Virus record (IMG/VR): IMGVR_UViG_3300010401_000008 | Span: 1 to 59,893 of that record | Direction: 5' to 3' (one strand) | Length of the DNA: 59,893 nt | Source of the DNA: a virus | Part shown: positions 44,656 through 52,476 of the stretch, piece by piece | Layout of the letters: each line of letters starts with the position of its first letter | Position numbering within the stretch: the stretch's first letter is position 1 | Program-made: the position numbers and the translations under genes | The notes under the pieces: model-generated | The model's input: only the letters and a program-made list of their open reading frames with translations | Told to the model about the DNA's origin: nothing | Databases searched by the model: none

Positions 44656-45639
44656 TCACAGGTTGATGCGTCGGGCCTTCGCGCGCAAATGATCCTTGCC
44701 CACATGGGCATACCTCTCCGTGGTTTTGAAGCTCGCATGCCCCATCAGAACCTGCAGCGAACGCAGCGGGACGCCCGCCATGACGAGATGGGCGCCGTAG
44801 CTGTGTCGCAGGCTATGGAGACTCCCGCCCAGCCCCAGCCGCGCTACGTCCTTCAGGAAGGCCCTCGACAGGCTCTCGCTTGCGATCCGCGGCAGAACAA
44901 AGCCGGTCTTGCCGTGCTCCGTGATGAGCGCCTGGGCCGCCGCGATGGCATTGTCCGATAGCGGGATTTCGCGCCACTTCCCCGATTTCGTGCGAGCGCC
45001 TGCGGTAGATACGATCGTCACGACTTTGCGCTTGAAGTCGATCCGATCGACACGCAGTTGCTTGGCTTCTGTCCGGCGCAGGCCGGTATTCGCGAGAAAC
45101 TTCCACGTTTGGCCGTGGTGACGCTCGTAGAGCTTTGCGAGTTCAGCCTTCGTATACCAGTGGATGGGCTCGGATTCGAGCGAGCGCGGCTCTTCAACAT
45201 ATTCTGCGGGGTTCTTTTCGATCTCGCCCCATTCGACCGCTTTCTGCAGGAGTGCCTTCAGTGTGCGGAATTCCTTGCCGACGCTTTCGCGGCTCACCAC
45301 CTGAACGCGTGCGGCTTTCCAGAGCTCGATGGCAGTGTTGTGGATCTGGGAGAGTGGCTTGCCTTCGAAGGCGCCGAAGTGCTGGGTAGCGATCTGCTCG
45401 ACGCGGTAGTGCGAGTCCGGAAACTCGCTACGGTGCCAGGCTAGGTAGGTCTGCCGGTGCTCATCGAAGAGCTTGGAGGCGATGAAGATCCGTTTGCCTG
45501 TCCTGAGTTCGAGTTCTTTCGCACGACGCTGAGTGTCGGCTTCGTGCTCGCTGATCTCCCCGAGCGATTTGCGATGCTGACGCCCATTCTCCGACCAGTT
45601 GAGATACCAGCACGCTCCTCGAGAATAGATCGTGGCCAC
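44656..45639 (-). CDS. int: tyrosine integrase
   Basis: HSLRHSYGAHLVMAGVPLRSLQVLMGHASFKTTERYAHV (H-x-x-R...Y) and an upstream LRRTEA Arg. GTG 45639 is chosen by analogy with the MATLYERNG paralogue. The ORF stays open to TTG 45741. Confidence 0.85.
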   Translation of the reverse strand: MATIYSRGACWYLNWSENGRQHRKSLGEISEHEADTQRRAKELELRTGKRIFIASKLFDEHRQTYLAWHRSEFPDSHYRVEQIATQHFGAFEGKPLSQIHNTAIELWKAARVQVVSRESVGKEFRTLKALLQKAVEWGEIEKNPAEYVEEPRSLESEPIHWYTKAELAKLYERHHGQTWKFLANTGLRRTEAKQLRVDRIDFKRKVVTIVSTAGARTKSGKWREIPLSDNAIAAAQALITEHGKTGFVLPRIASESLSRAFLKDVARLGLGGSLHSLRHSYGAHLVMAGVPLRSLQVLMGHASFKTTERYAHVGKDHLRAKARRINL

Positions 45640-45815
45640 GTCGTGTTGTTTTCGATGAAGCGCGCCACATCGGCCCGGCGGTAGAGGAGTTTGCCCTTGA
45701 ATAGCCCCGGTGGGAACTCGGGTTGCACCTTGGCGCGCCAATGACTGTATGAAAGACCAGCGTAGTCCGCCGCCTCCTCGACGGTGAAATAGTCTTTGCC
45801 TGCGAGTTCTGCCAT
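45441..45815 (-). CDS. xis: excisionase-type (MerR/AlpA-like) HTH protein
   Basis: MAELAGKDYFTVEEAADYAGLSYSHWRAKV...LLYRRADVARFIE. The ORF continues 199 nt into int in another frame. Confidence 0.6.
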   Translation of the reverse strand: MAELAGKDYFTVEEAADYAGLSYSHWRAKVQPEFPPGLFKGKLLYRRADVARFIENNTTWPRSILEERAGISTGRRMGVSIANRSGRSASTKPTLSVVRKNSNSGQANGSSSPPSSSMSTGRPT

Positions 45816-45822
45816 TTGAAGT

Positions 45823-46212
45823 TCAGCTATCTTGTTGCGGTTTCCATGGTTTGAATGTGCGCAGACTCTTTGCGCTGGGCCAGACACCCTCGAAGCGCAC
45901 AGCCCTGTCGTCGATCATGATGACCGCTGGCGGCTTCCAGCGAGCAAAGCGCACGTCGCACAAGCTCGGTCCCATCGTGTCCCACTGATTGCCTGCGTGC
46001 GTCCTGAGCCAGTTGCGCATAGCGGTGATGCCGCCGAAGTAGCGCGCGCGGCTGCTGTGGATCACGACATCCCAGCCTTCCTCGATCGCATCGCTGATGA
46101 AGTTGAGCGCGCCGGGCATTGGTGGATCTGGAATGTTGCGCGGGCCTTTCCAGCCGCTCGTGTAGCTGTGAATCACGCCGTCGAAATCGAGGCACAGAAT
46201 CGGCTTGCTCAT
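45823..46212 (-). CDS. HAD-superfamily phosphatase-like protein
   Basis: ILCLDFDGVIHSY (DxDG motif I)...VVIHSSR...MIDDR. Confidence 0.55.
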   Translation of the reverse strand: MSKPILCLDFDGVIHSYTSGWKGPRNIPDPPMPGALNFISDAIEEGWDVVIHSSRARYFGGITAMRNWLRTHAGNQWDTMGPSLCDVRFARWKPPAVIMIDDRAVRFEGVWPSAKSLRTFKPWKPQQDS

Positions 46213-46511
46213 AGGATGAAGCTCAGAACCTCGCCAGTCTTCCGTGCTGCCTCTCTGGCATGCCTCACCAGAAGGTGCGCCAATTCCATGGCTTGCTTCG
46301 GTGGCATCCCGATCCATGTGCAAGGCGTGCCGAAGTCGATGCAGACTTTCCCATCCTTCGTGCCGATGGAAAACTGAATCGCCCCTTCGTCGTGAGGCGT
46401 GAGCCTTCCTTGCGGATGCGTGCCTGTCGCCCCGATGAGTGGTTCTTGCATCAAGCGTTTCACGAATTCCGGAATCGGGCTATCGCCCGGATAACTGCTG
46501 TGATTGCTCAT
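46209..46511 (-). CDS. hypothetical protein (100 aa)
   Basis: ATGA coupling downstream. Confidence 0.5.
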   Translation of the reverse strand: MSNHSSYPGDSPIPEFVKRLMQEPLIGATGTHPQGRLTPHDEGAIQFSIGTKDGKVCIDFGTPCTWIGMPPKQAMELAHLLVRHAREAARKTGEVLSFIL

Positions 46512-46687
46512 ACTTTCTCCTGACTTGGTGATCGACGCTCTACATATCTACCAACAAAAAACGAAATCATCGACCCAACACCCCAATCCCAATGCGGGAA
46601 TGGTTTCAACAGCACGTACACGAATGTGGCCACGAACAGGCCACCTATTACGAGCGCGAACCACTTGACGGTATAGCGATCGATCAT
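46508..46687 (-). CDS. small membrane protein (59 aa)
   Basis: MIDRYTVKWFALVIGGLFVATFVYVLL. ATGA coupling. Confidence 0.5.
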   Translation of the reverse strand: MIDRYTVKWFALVIGGLFVATFVYVLLKPFPHWDWGVGSMISFFVGRYVERRSPSQEKV

Positions 46688-46923
46688 GTATCCGCTCCGG
46701 ATTTCTCCTCTCGCTGCATTTTGGCGCGCACACGATCGATATCGTCCTGCCGTTCCTTCATCTCGGCGACTCGGTGGGGAAGCGTGCAGCGACACCGGCA
46801 GCGCTGCCCGCAGGGACAGGTCCCATCGGGCGCTTTGTCTTTGCAGCCGGCGCAGGCACACTCCAGTCCGGTCCACCCGCTCCGAAGTGCTTCCTCGATT
46901 TCTTTGTCAAAGTACGTGGTCAT
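46684..46923 (-). CDS. Cys-rich small protein
   Basis: ECACAGCKDKAPDGTCPCGQRCRCRC. Confidence 0.5.
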   Translation of the reverse strand: MTTYFDKEIEEALRSGWTGLECACAGCKDKAPDGTCPCGQRCRCRCTLPHRVAEMKERQDDIDRVRAKMQREEKSGADT

Positions 46924-47192
46924 AGGTCACCGGAGGTTCTCGTGTCTCGACGCTCTGCAGGTGACTCTTGCCCGCAAACGAACGCACGGATGCAGGGGAT
47001 ACGAACAATGGCTAGCCGCGTCTCCCAACCCGGCCTCATCTCGACGTATTTCAGGGCATCATCGATGTGGCCCGTGAAATTGCCAGCGATCCTCTGCGGT
47101 TCGCCCGTGACGGTATCGATCACCATCACCATCTCGGAGTCCACCCAGTGGTAGATCGTGCCGGCCCCATCTTTTGTTCGTTTGTATTCCAC
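46920..47192 (-). CDS. hypothetical protein (90 aa)
   Basis: GTG start, coupled. Confidence 0.45.
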   Translation of the reverse strand: MEYKRTKDGAGTIYHWVDSEMVMVIDTVTGEPQRIAGNFTGHIDDALKYVEMRPGWETRLAIVRIPCIRAFVCGQESPAERRDTRTSGDL

Positions 47193-47413
47193 TATTCCCC
47201 CTGACTCGGAGTGGTTCTCTCAGGTAACCATTGGGCATACACGCGAGCCTTCCCCAGTGCTACGCGCAGCCCATGCCTACAGCAACTGAAGTCCCAGAGC
47301 TTCATCGCAGTTGGCCCGCCTTCGATACTCAGGAAAGTACGCGAGTGACGGACCAACGCGAAATAGCAGCGCCACCCATCCTGCTGTCGAGGTGTGAAGA
47401 ATTCGGCTTTCAT
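47192..47413 (-). CDS. hypothetical protein (73 aa)
   Basis: Track ORF with ATGA coupling upstream. Confidence 0.45.
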   Translation of the reverse strand: MKAEFFTPRQQDGWRCYFALVRHSRTFLSIEGGPTAMKLWDFSCCRHGLRVALGKARVYAQWLPERTTPSQGE

Positions 47414-47577
47414 GTCCGGTTCTCATCGCCCCTATCCGGCATCTGCCGATCTACCTCTCTGAGCAGATCGCGAGCGACGTTTACGGCCAGCTCGCGGCTG
47501 GTCAGTGTGGAATTGCTGTTATCTATCGCCGGCCATATAGACGCAGCCATCAAAGCGATAATCTCGCGATCAGTCAT
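47410..47577 (-). CDS. hypothetical protein (55 aa)
   Basis: MTDREIIALMAASIWPAIDNS... ATGA overlaps at both ends. Below the track cutoff. Confidence 0.45.
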   Translation of the reverse strand: MTDREIIALMAASIWPAIDNSNSTLTSRELAVNVARDLLREVDRQMPDRGDENRT

Positions 47578-47789
47578 GGCGCACTCCCTCGGTTCTCAGG
47601 AGGGCATACCCACATCACCCACTCAGGGTCGCTCGTTCGCCTCGTCTCTTCGTTCAAGTTCGCCTCGATCCATTTCTCAGCGCATGAGACGGAACAGCAG
47701 AAGATAAATCCGCATACGCAGACTTCCCCCGGCTGCCAGCAGTTGTCGCTGTTGTGGCTGGCCTTTCCGCATTGAACGCACTCAACCAT
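47574..47789 (-). CDS. zinc-ribbon small protein
   Basis: MVECVQCGK...CWQPGEVCVCGFIFCCSVSC. Confidence 0.45.
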   Translation of the reverse strand: MVECVQCGKASHNSDNCWQPGEVCVCGFIFCCSVSCAEKWIEANLNEETRRTSDPEWVMWVCPPENRGSAP

Positions 47790-47958
47790 CACCGTTTCCG
47801 CTCTTGATCTCTCCAAAGGTCCTCATGCAGTCAGGATGCCAGTCAGATGGCGGGTTTCCAGCCTTCACGTAACACTCGCAGCACAGGTTCTTTTCCTCAG
47901 AGAATCTATGCCTTGCCGTACGCTCTTGGCACTGCGAGCACTTCACTGTCTCATTCAT
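47782..47958 (-). CDS. zinc-ribbon small protein
   Basis: MNETVKCSQCQERTA...LCCECY. Confidence 0.45.
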   Translation of the reverse strand: MNETVKCSQCQERTARHRFSEEKNLCCECYVKAGNPPSDWHPDCMRTFGEIKSGNGDG

Positions 47959-48661
47959 TGCTGGGGTCCTTTCCCGGGTTCTGAGAGACTCGCTGGAGCG
48001 CGACCGCCATCTCAAGCTCTGAGAGGGCCTGCGTGACAAAACTGGCGTCATCCGTGAAGAGATTGTTGTAGGCGCCCTGTTTTGCCAGTTGTTTCATCGC
48101 ACTGAGTGCCTCGTGCGCTGTGCTGTAGGAGATTGATACCGGACCGATAACTCCCATCGGGGGCGGCGGCGGTTCAGACTGCAGATTCAAAGCGCCGCAG
48201 TCACACGGCAGATACGCGCACCAGTTTTTGTGCTGGGCCTTTGGCGGATCGCCCGACGGTTCGAATGCCGGCGAACCGGCTTGACTCATAGGCTCTGCCT
48301 CGATCTCCAGCAGACGCTCGTGGCGAGCGCGTAGGTCATCTGTCGGTTCGCCTAGCTCCAGCCCAGCCTCGTGGCATATCTTTCTTGCGGTCTCGATCAG
48401 CTCAGGCGTTAGCGGCCCAGTGGGCAGCGTTGGCACGGTGACATCGCGAGGCGCTGGCGGTTCGACCCATTCGACAGAGCATCCAGCCTTGTGGCGAATT
48501 TTCCCATCCGACCCGGGTTTCTCTAGGCAATCAGTGCAACATGTCGGTTCGTCCTGTAGCAGGTGCTTGATGTCGTCGTAGCGCACGTATGGCCCTACGG
48601 CCGATTCCTGCAGGTCTTCGTCGGTCAGACCGAGTCCGAATCGCTTCACCTGATTTGCCAT
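47951..48661 (-). CDS. hypothetical protein (236 aa)
   Basis: Track ORF. Cys clusters (CCTDC, CAYLPCDC). Confidence 0.55.
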   Translation of the reverse strand: MANQVKRFGLGLTDEDLQESAVGPYVRYDDIKHLLQDEPTCCTDCLEKPGSDGKIRHKAGCSVEWVEPPAPRDVTVPTLPTGPLTPELIETARKICHEAGLELGEPTDDLRARHERLLEIEAEPMSQAGSPAFEPSGDPPKAQHKNWCAYLPCDCGALNLQSEPPPPPMGVIGPVSISYSTAHEALSAMKQLAKQGAYNNLFTDDASFVTQALSELEMAVALQRVSQNPGKDPSNE

Positions 48662-49131
48662 CAGTGCTCATCCTCACAGTGAATGCATCCACCTGACTGC
48701 GGTTCGTCTTGTGCTCGCAGCCATTGCAGAAAGGCGCGAGTGTCATCCAGCGATAAGGTCGCGTAATCCTCGCCGCTTGGTGTCTGCACCGTGAGCCCGC
48801 CATCCGAACCGATGTAGGCGTGCAGGTGGCCGATGGTGATCTGATTCGGCGCTGATGGAGGTTCGACAGCGAGCCGGGTAAGAAACCTTTCGGCATCGGC
48901 AATCGGTCCGCACAGAGTTTCCGGCACTGGCTCTTCTGCACTGTTCGCTCCGGCGACAATCTCTTTCAGCACCTCGTTCATCTGCTCGGCGTATTTCTCG
49001 CGGTGGGCTAGTTCGGCGGCCAGACGCTCCAGTTCAGATGCAGCCGCATCTAACTTCTCGCATACGACAATATCAGTCTCGATAAGGTTCGCTCGCTGCC
49101 ATAGCCAGCCTATGAGGTCGAGATTTGTCAT
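48661..49131 (-). CDS. hypothetical protein (156 aa)
   Basis: ATG 49131 lies 8 nt after GGAGG. The ORF stays open to 49167. Confidence 0.5.
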   Translation of the reverse strand: MTNLDLIGWLWQRANLIETDIVVCEKLDAAASELERLAAELAHREKYAEQMNEVLKEIVAGANSAEEPVPETLCGPIADAERFLTRLAVEPPSAPNQITIGHLHAYIGSDGGLTVQTPSGEDYATLSLDDTRAFLQWLRAQDEPQSGGCIHCEDEH

Positions 49132-49234
49132 CTGCAAAACCTCCATCCCATCAAGCGCAGCCACCAATGGCCTTCGCGGCGCAGAAGGCGCCAGCTTCGC
49201 GTCCTCGAATCAAAAACAGCTTTTTCGTAAGTGC

Positions 49235-49504
49235 TCATGTATCTGGAGCTGAGTTAGGAAGTGAGCCGCGGCCGATCTTCTGCACGTGCCCGCATTCGTG
49301 ACACGTGAATTCGCCGTTGCCATTCATGTCCATGACGCCACTCCCATGTTCGTGCTTGCACGCACGCAAGTCTGGAGTGGGTATATCCTTGCAGATCCGC
49401 TGGAGTACGGCATAGAACTCGTCGCAGGCTTTGCACTGGCACTCGCACACCATCGCCCATACCAGGCGGGCGTTGCGGATGCGCTCGATGATGTCTTCGC
49501 TCAT
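49235..49504 (-). CDS. zinc-finger small protein
   Basis: CECQCKAC...CHECGH. Confidence 0.5.
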   Translation of the reverse strand: MSEDIIERIRNARLVWAMVCECQCKACDEFYAVLQRICKDIPTPDLRACKHEHGSGVMDMNGNGEFTCHECGHVQKIGRGSLPNSAPDT

Positions 49505-49881
49505 GTCAGTCCGCTCGCACGATCGATGTTGTACGGCGGTCGATGCGCGTTGATATATGCACGTTCATGGAGTTGCAGTTTCGTATCCAACCCCGGCTCT
49601 GCAAACTGGCCTTTCTCTAGAACCAACGCCGTGTGCCTATCGAATGGAACAGCTTTGTGGCTCGCCTGATAAAGCGGCGAGCCGCGCCGAGCCTGCGTCA
49701 GCCTCTGGATGCGGTCTGGAATGTTCCGCGACTTGCCGATGTACAGGAGTTCGCTGCCGCCCCAGAGGAAATAGATACCCGAGTCGAACTGCTCGGATGC
49801 CGGCAGCTTCGCCAGCTCCTCAAGCGAGAGTATCGGGATGTTCGCCCAATCATCGCTGATACGATCGGCGTAGATGGTCAT
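49501..49881 (-). CDS. GIY-YIG nuclease domain protein
   Basis: SGIYFLWGGSELLYIGKSRNIPDRIQRL... Confidence 0.65.
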   Translation of the reverse strand: MTIYADRISDDWANIPILSLEELAKLPASEQFDSGIYFLWGGSELLYIGKSRNIPDRIQRLTQARRGSPLYQASHKAVPFDRHTALVLEKGQFAEPGLDTKLQLHERAYINAHRPPYNIDRASGLT

Positions 49882-50105
49882 GGCTTTTCGCTACAGGACA
49901 CGGTTACTCGTGATTCATCTGGCCCCGGCCCGAAACACATACGCTCATGCGCATCGCGGCAGGCGGGTTTGATGCAAACGTAAACCACGGCTTTGAAGTT
50001 CATGCGGCAGTCGGAGCACGCCATCAGCGTTTGAACGCCGCACACATGGCAGACTTTCTGCCGGTCGCACACACTGCAGCAGCGCTTTTCAGATTCGTAG
50101 CTCAC
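49878..50105 (-). CDS. Cys-rich zinc-finger protein
   Basis: GTGA-coupled start. CCSVCDRQKVCHVCG...CSDC. Confidence 0.45.
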   Translation of the reverse strand: MSYESEKRCCSVCDRQKVCHVCGVQTLMACSDCRMNFKAVVYVCIKPACRDAHERMCFGPGPDESRVTVSCSEKP

Positions 50106-50335
50106 TTGGGCTCCGCCGATGCGCTGTCTTGTTCCGGCCAACCCATCAGCTTGTGCTTGAAGAAGTGGCCGATGCGGGCCGCCACGTCGCAGTTGGCCTT
50201 GTCGCGCCCATATGTCGTGCAGTGCTCGCCACCGGGCTCGCCCTCGCGATCAACACGGCGGGCGATGATGACGACCTGATCGTATCCGTACTGCTCGGCG
50301 ATGCTTCGGCCGACATGAACTGGAATAGGTTTCAC
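50102..50335 (-). CDS. hypothetical protein (77 aa)
   Basis: Track ORF, coupled. Confidence 0.45.
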   Translation of the reverse strand: MKPIPVHVGRSIAEQYGYDQVVIIARRVDREGEPGGEHCTTYGRDKANCDVAARIGHFFKHKLMGWPEQDSASAEPK

Positions 50336-50577
50336 CGCGCCTCCGAAGATCCATTGGGAACGGACCGTTTCTTCGGCACATCCCAGTCAGCGAGCTTGCA
50401 CAGCCACGCGAGCTGCTTCTCACTGACGTAGGTTTCGAGCCCGTGCTCTTTCGCCTTGATCACCATTTCCGCCGCGAAGTCCTGCGAGCTTTCGCCCACA
50501 GCCTGAGACTGCGCGTCTCCGCATAACTGGCGAAACTCGTGTTCGTCGGCGAACCAGTCACGGGCTCTGGTGGTCAT
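50332..50577 (-). CDS. hypothetical protein (81 aa)
   Basis: Track ORF, ATGA coupling. Confidence 0.45.
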   Translation of the reverse strand: MTTRARDWFADEHEFRQLCGDAQSQAVGESSQDFAAEMVIKAKEHGLETYVSEKQLAWLCKLADWDVPKKRSVPNGSSEAR

Positions 50578-50852
50578 CGCGCCGCCGCTGCTTCTGCCGC
50601 TTCAGTCTTGGCGGCCTGCCCCTTCTGGTACGGCATCCAGCAAGCGAAGTTGCCTTCAGGCTTCGGCTCGTCGTCCTGAACGAGAGTCAGCGACGTGATC
50701 GAGAAAGGCGTGCCGTTGGCGTTGAAACCGGCGACGTTGATCATGTGGTCATTGAAAACGTACGTCACGAATCCCACTTCGGGCTGCTTGATGTCCATCG
50801 AATCGCGTGGGCGGATTACCCAAACTACTCGGCCAATCGTCGGTGTTATCAC
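50574..50852 (-). CDS. hypothetical protein (92 aa)
   Basis: GTG 50852 lies 7 nt after AAGGAG. VITPTIGRVVWVIRP... Confidence 0.5.
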   Translation of the reverse strand: MITPTIGRVVWVIRPRDSMDIKQPEVGFVTYVFNDHMINVAGFNANGTPFSITSLTLVQDDEPKPEGNFACWMPYQKGQAAKTEAAEAAAAR

Positions 50853-50883
50853 TTCGAATCTCCTTCGTTGATAAAAATAGAGG

Positions 50884-51819
50884 TCAAGACTCGCTCTCAC
50901 CGAGTGCAGACTCCGCGCGCTGTCGCCAGTTACGTAAATCGTCGTATTCCCAAGCCCCCATATGATCGATGGCCTCGCGGACCAATTCGGCAAGAGGGTG
51001 GACGGGGCTAGCCGTCGATTCGGCCGTGTTCGGTAGTACAACCTCCGCCGTGCTCGCGCGCACGGGCGTAGCCCCATCATAGCTTGGTGTTGTTTTCACT
51101 GCGGCTCTACACTCGGCGCGAATCTCCGTCCAGAGCTTTCCGAGCATGTTCTTGCCGGTGTGGTTCTCGCCCCAGCCCCAGAAGTCATCGCGCCACGAGT
51201 TCTCGATCAGTTCGCGGTCGCCGGTCGCCAGCAGTTTGCGGCGCACGTACTCGTGCTGCCCGACCTTCAGGCGCAGGATGCCGCGCATGATGCCGACCTT
51301 CACTTCGTCCCAGTCGGGCCGGCGATATTGCTTCCAGCGCTCGGCCATCTTGAATGCATCGTGAGCGGAGCTGGCGACTTGAATCGATCGCTGCTTCAGC
51401 GGATCGTCCGGGAACTTGTCCCAGTGATAGGCGTGCTCTGATGTGGGGAACATAATGCCGTTGCACTGGATCATGAACGCGGAGAAGTTCGACAGGACGT
51501 AGAAGTCCTGTTCGTAAAAGAACACCTGTCGGGCGTTGTCGAGCCCGTGGCAATCCGGAGTCGTCTCGGGAACGGACCTCAGACGCTTGATTTCCCGAAC
51601 CAAGCGCAGCACGAGCACCTGCGTGTCTTGTGGCTTCGAGTAGGCCGCATCGAAGTCGTCATCTGCAAAACGCAATTCTTCATCCGAGAGCGGCGGCATT
51701 GGTGGCATCACGCTGGACTGGCATGCGTCGCAAATCCATGTGCCCATCAATTGCCGGCGCGCGAGCCCGCCACATCGCTCGCAGCGGACTTCATCCTTTG
51801 AGGTCTTCAGGTCTGTCAT
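50884..51819 (-). CDS. NADAR (YbiA/DUF1768) domain protein with an N-terminal zinc ribbon
   Basis: CERCGG...CDAC, then FFYEQDFYVLSNFSAF...FPTSEHAYHWDKF...RRPDWDEVKVGIMRGILRLKVGQHEYVRRKLLATGDRELIENSWRDDFWGWG. Confidence 0.65.
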   Translation of the reverse strand: MTDLKTSKDEVRCERCGGLARRQLMGTWICDACQSSVMPPMPPLSDEELRFADDDFDAAYSKPQDTQVLVLRLVREIKRLRSVPETTPDCHGLDNARQVFFYEQDFYVLSNFSAFMIQCNGIMFPTSEHAYHWDKFPDDPLKQRSIQVASSAHDAFKMAERWKQYRRPDWDEVKVGIMRGILRLKVGQHEYVRRKLLATGDRELIENSWRDDFWGWGENHTGKNMLGKLWTEIRAECRAAVKTTPSYDGATPVRASTAEVVLPNTAESTASPVHPLAELVREAIDHMGAWEYDDLRNWRQRAESALGESES

Positions 51820-52070
51820 GGCTTGCACTCTAGCGCGGAGGAAACCGCTTCAAGACCTTCGACTGCGCCGGCTTTGATTGCGTTGAGACAATCGCGCGCC
51901 GTCATAAGCTGCGCGTATAGGTCTTCCATGTCGTAATGCGCCCTGAGACAGAGAGCCTGAAGTTCCTTCACGTCATTGTAGTTGCCATCCCCAGCCTCTC
52001 TCAGCTTCTCGATGAACTCCTCCCACGCTTTTTCTACGAGGCGGTGATCTGCAGGGAGCGAAGGTGTCAT
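51816..52070 (-). CDS. hypothetical protein (84 aa)
   Basis: ATGA-coupled start at 52070. Confidence 0.45.
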   Translation of the reverse strand: MTPSLPADHRLVEKAWEEFIEKLREAGDGNYNDVKELQALCLRAHYDMEDLYAQLMTARDCLNAIKAGAVEGLEAVSSALECKP

Positions 52071-52258
52071 TGCACAGACTCCAAATGCAAAGTCATCATT
52101 GGCGAGCCGTCCGCATTCCATATACGGAGCGACTTTTCGTTGATCCATTCCCATGTAGGCACTTGTTCGGTATCGCGATGCACTGCATGACAGAGCTTCG
52201 CAGCAACCGCTTCCATACGCGCTTTCGTGCTAACGAGATCGGTGCTCTCCGGATTCAC
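52067..52258 (-). CDS. hypothetical protein (63 aa)
   Basis: GTGA-coupled start. Confidence 0.4.
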   Translation of the reverse strand: MNPESTDLVSTKARMEAVAAKLCHAVHRDTEQVPTWEWINEKSLRIWNADGSPMMTLHLESVQ

Positions 52259-52476
52259 GGTATGGTCTCCGTCACGTTGCCATTCACCAGCGTCCCTCTC
52301 AGCTTCCGTTCGTAGATCGCTCTACGATCGATGACAATATCTCGATCAGCGATGAAGCCGACGCGGGCGTTCCTGTCGCGATAGCCCGTCATTCCAAGGA
52401 ACACGACGCCAATCTCCCTGCCGTCAGGTAGCGTGATCACTGCGTCTTCCTCCAGTCGAAACGTCAGAATCAGCAT
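52255..52476 (-). CDS. csrA: CsrA/RsmA-like RNA-binding protein
   Basis: MLILTFRLEEDAVI...IGVVFLGM...ARVGFIADRDIVIDRRAIYERK compares with E. coli CsrA MLILTRRVGETLMI...VTVLGV...[35 protein letters not shown] precedes the ATG. Confidence 0.6.
   Translation of the reverse strand: MLILTFRLEEDAVITLPDGREIGVVFLGMTGYRDRNARVGFIADRDIVIDRRAIYERKLRGTLVNGNVTETIP

Noticed and set aside
44478-44738. An 86-aa minus-strand ORF over the attP region, and the possibility of a complete tRNA gene at about 44490-44568.
   Set aside because: Only the anticodon arm, variable loop, T-arm and 3' acceptor strand are present. The upstream sequence has no D-arm and no strand complementary to tggggac. The ORF is an artefact overlapping this fragment.
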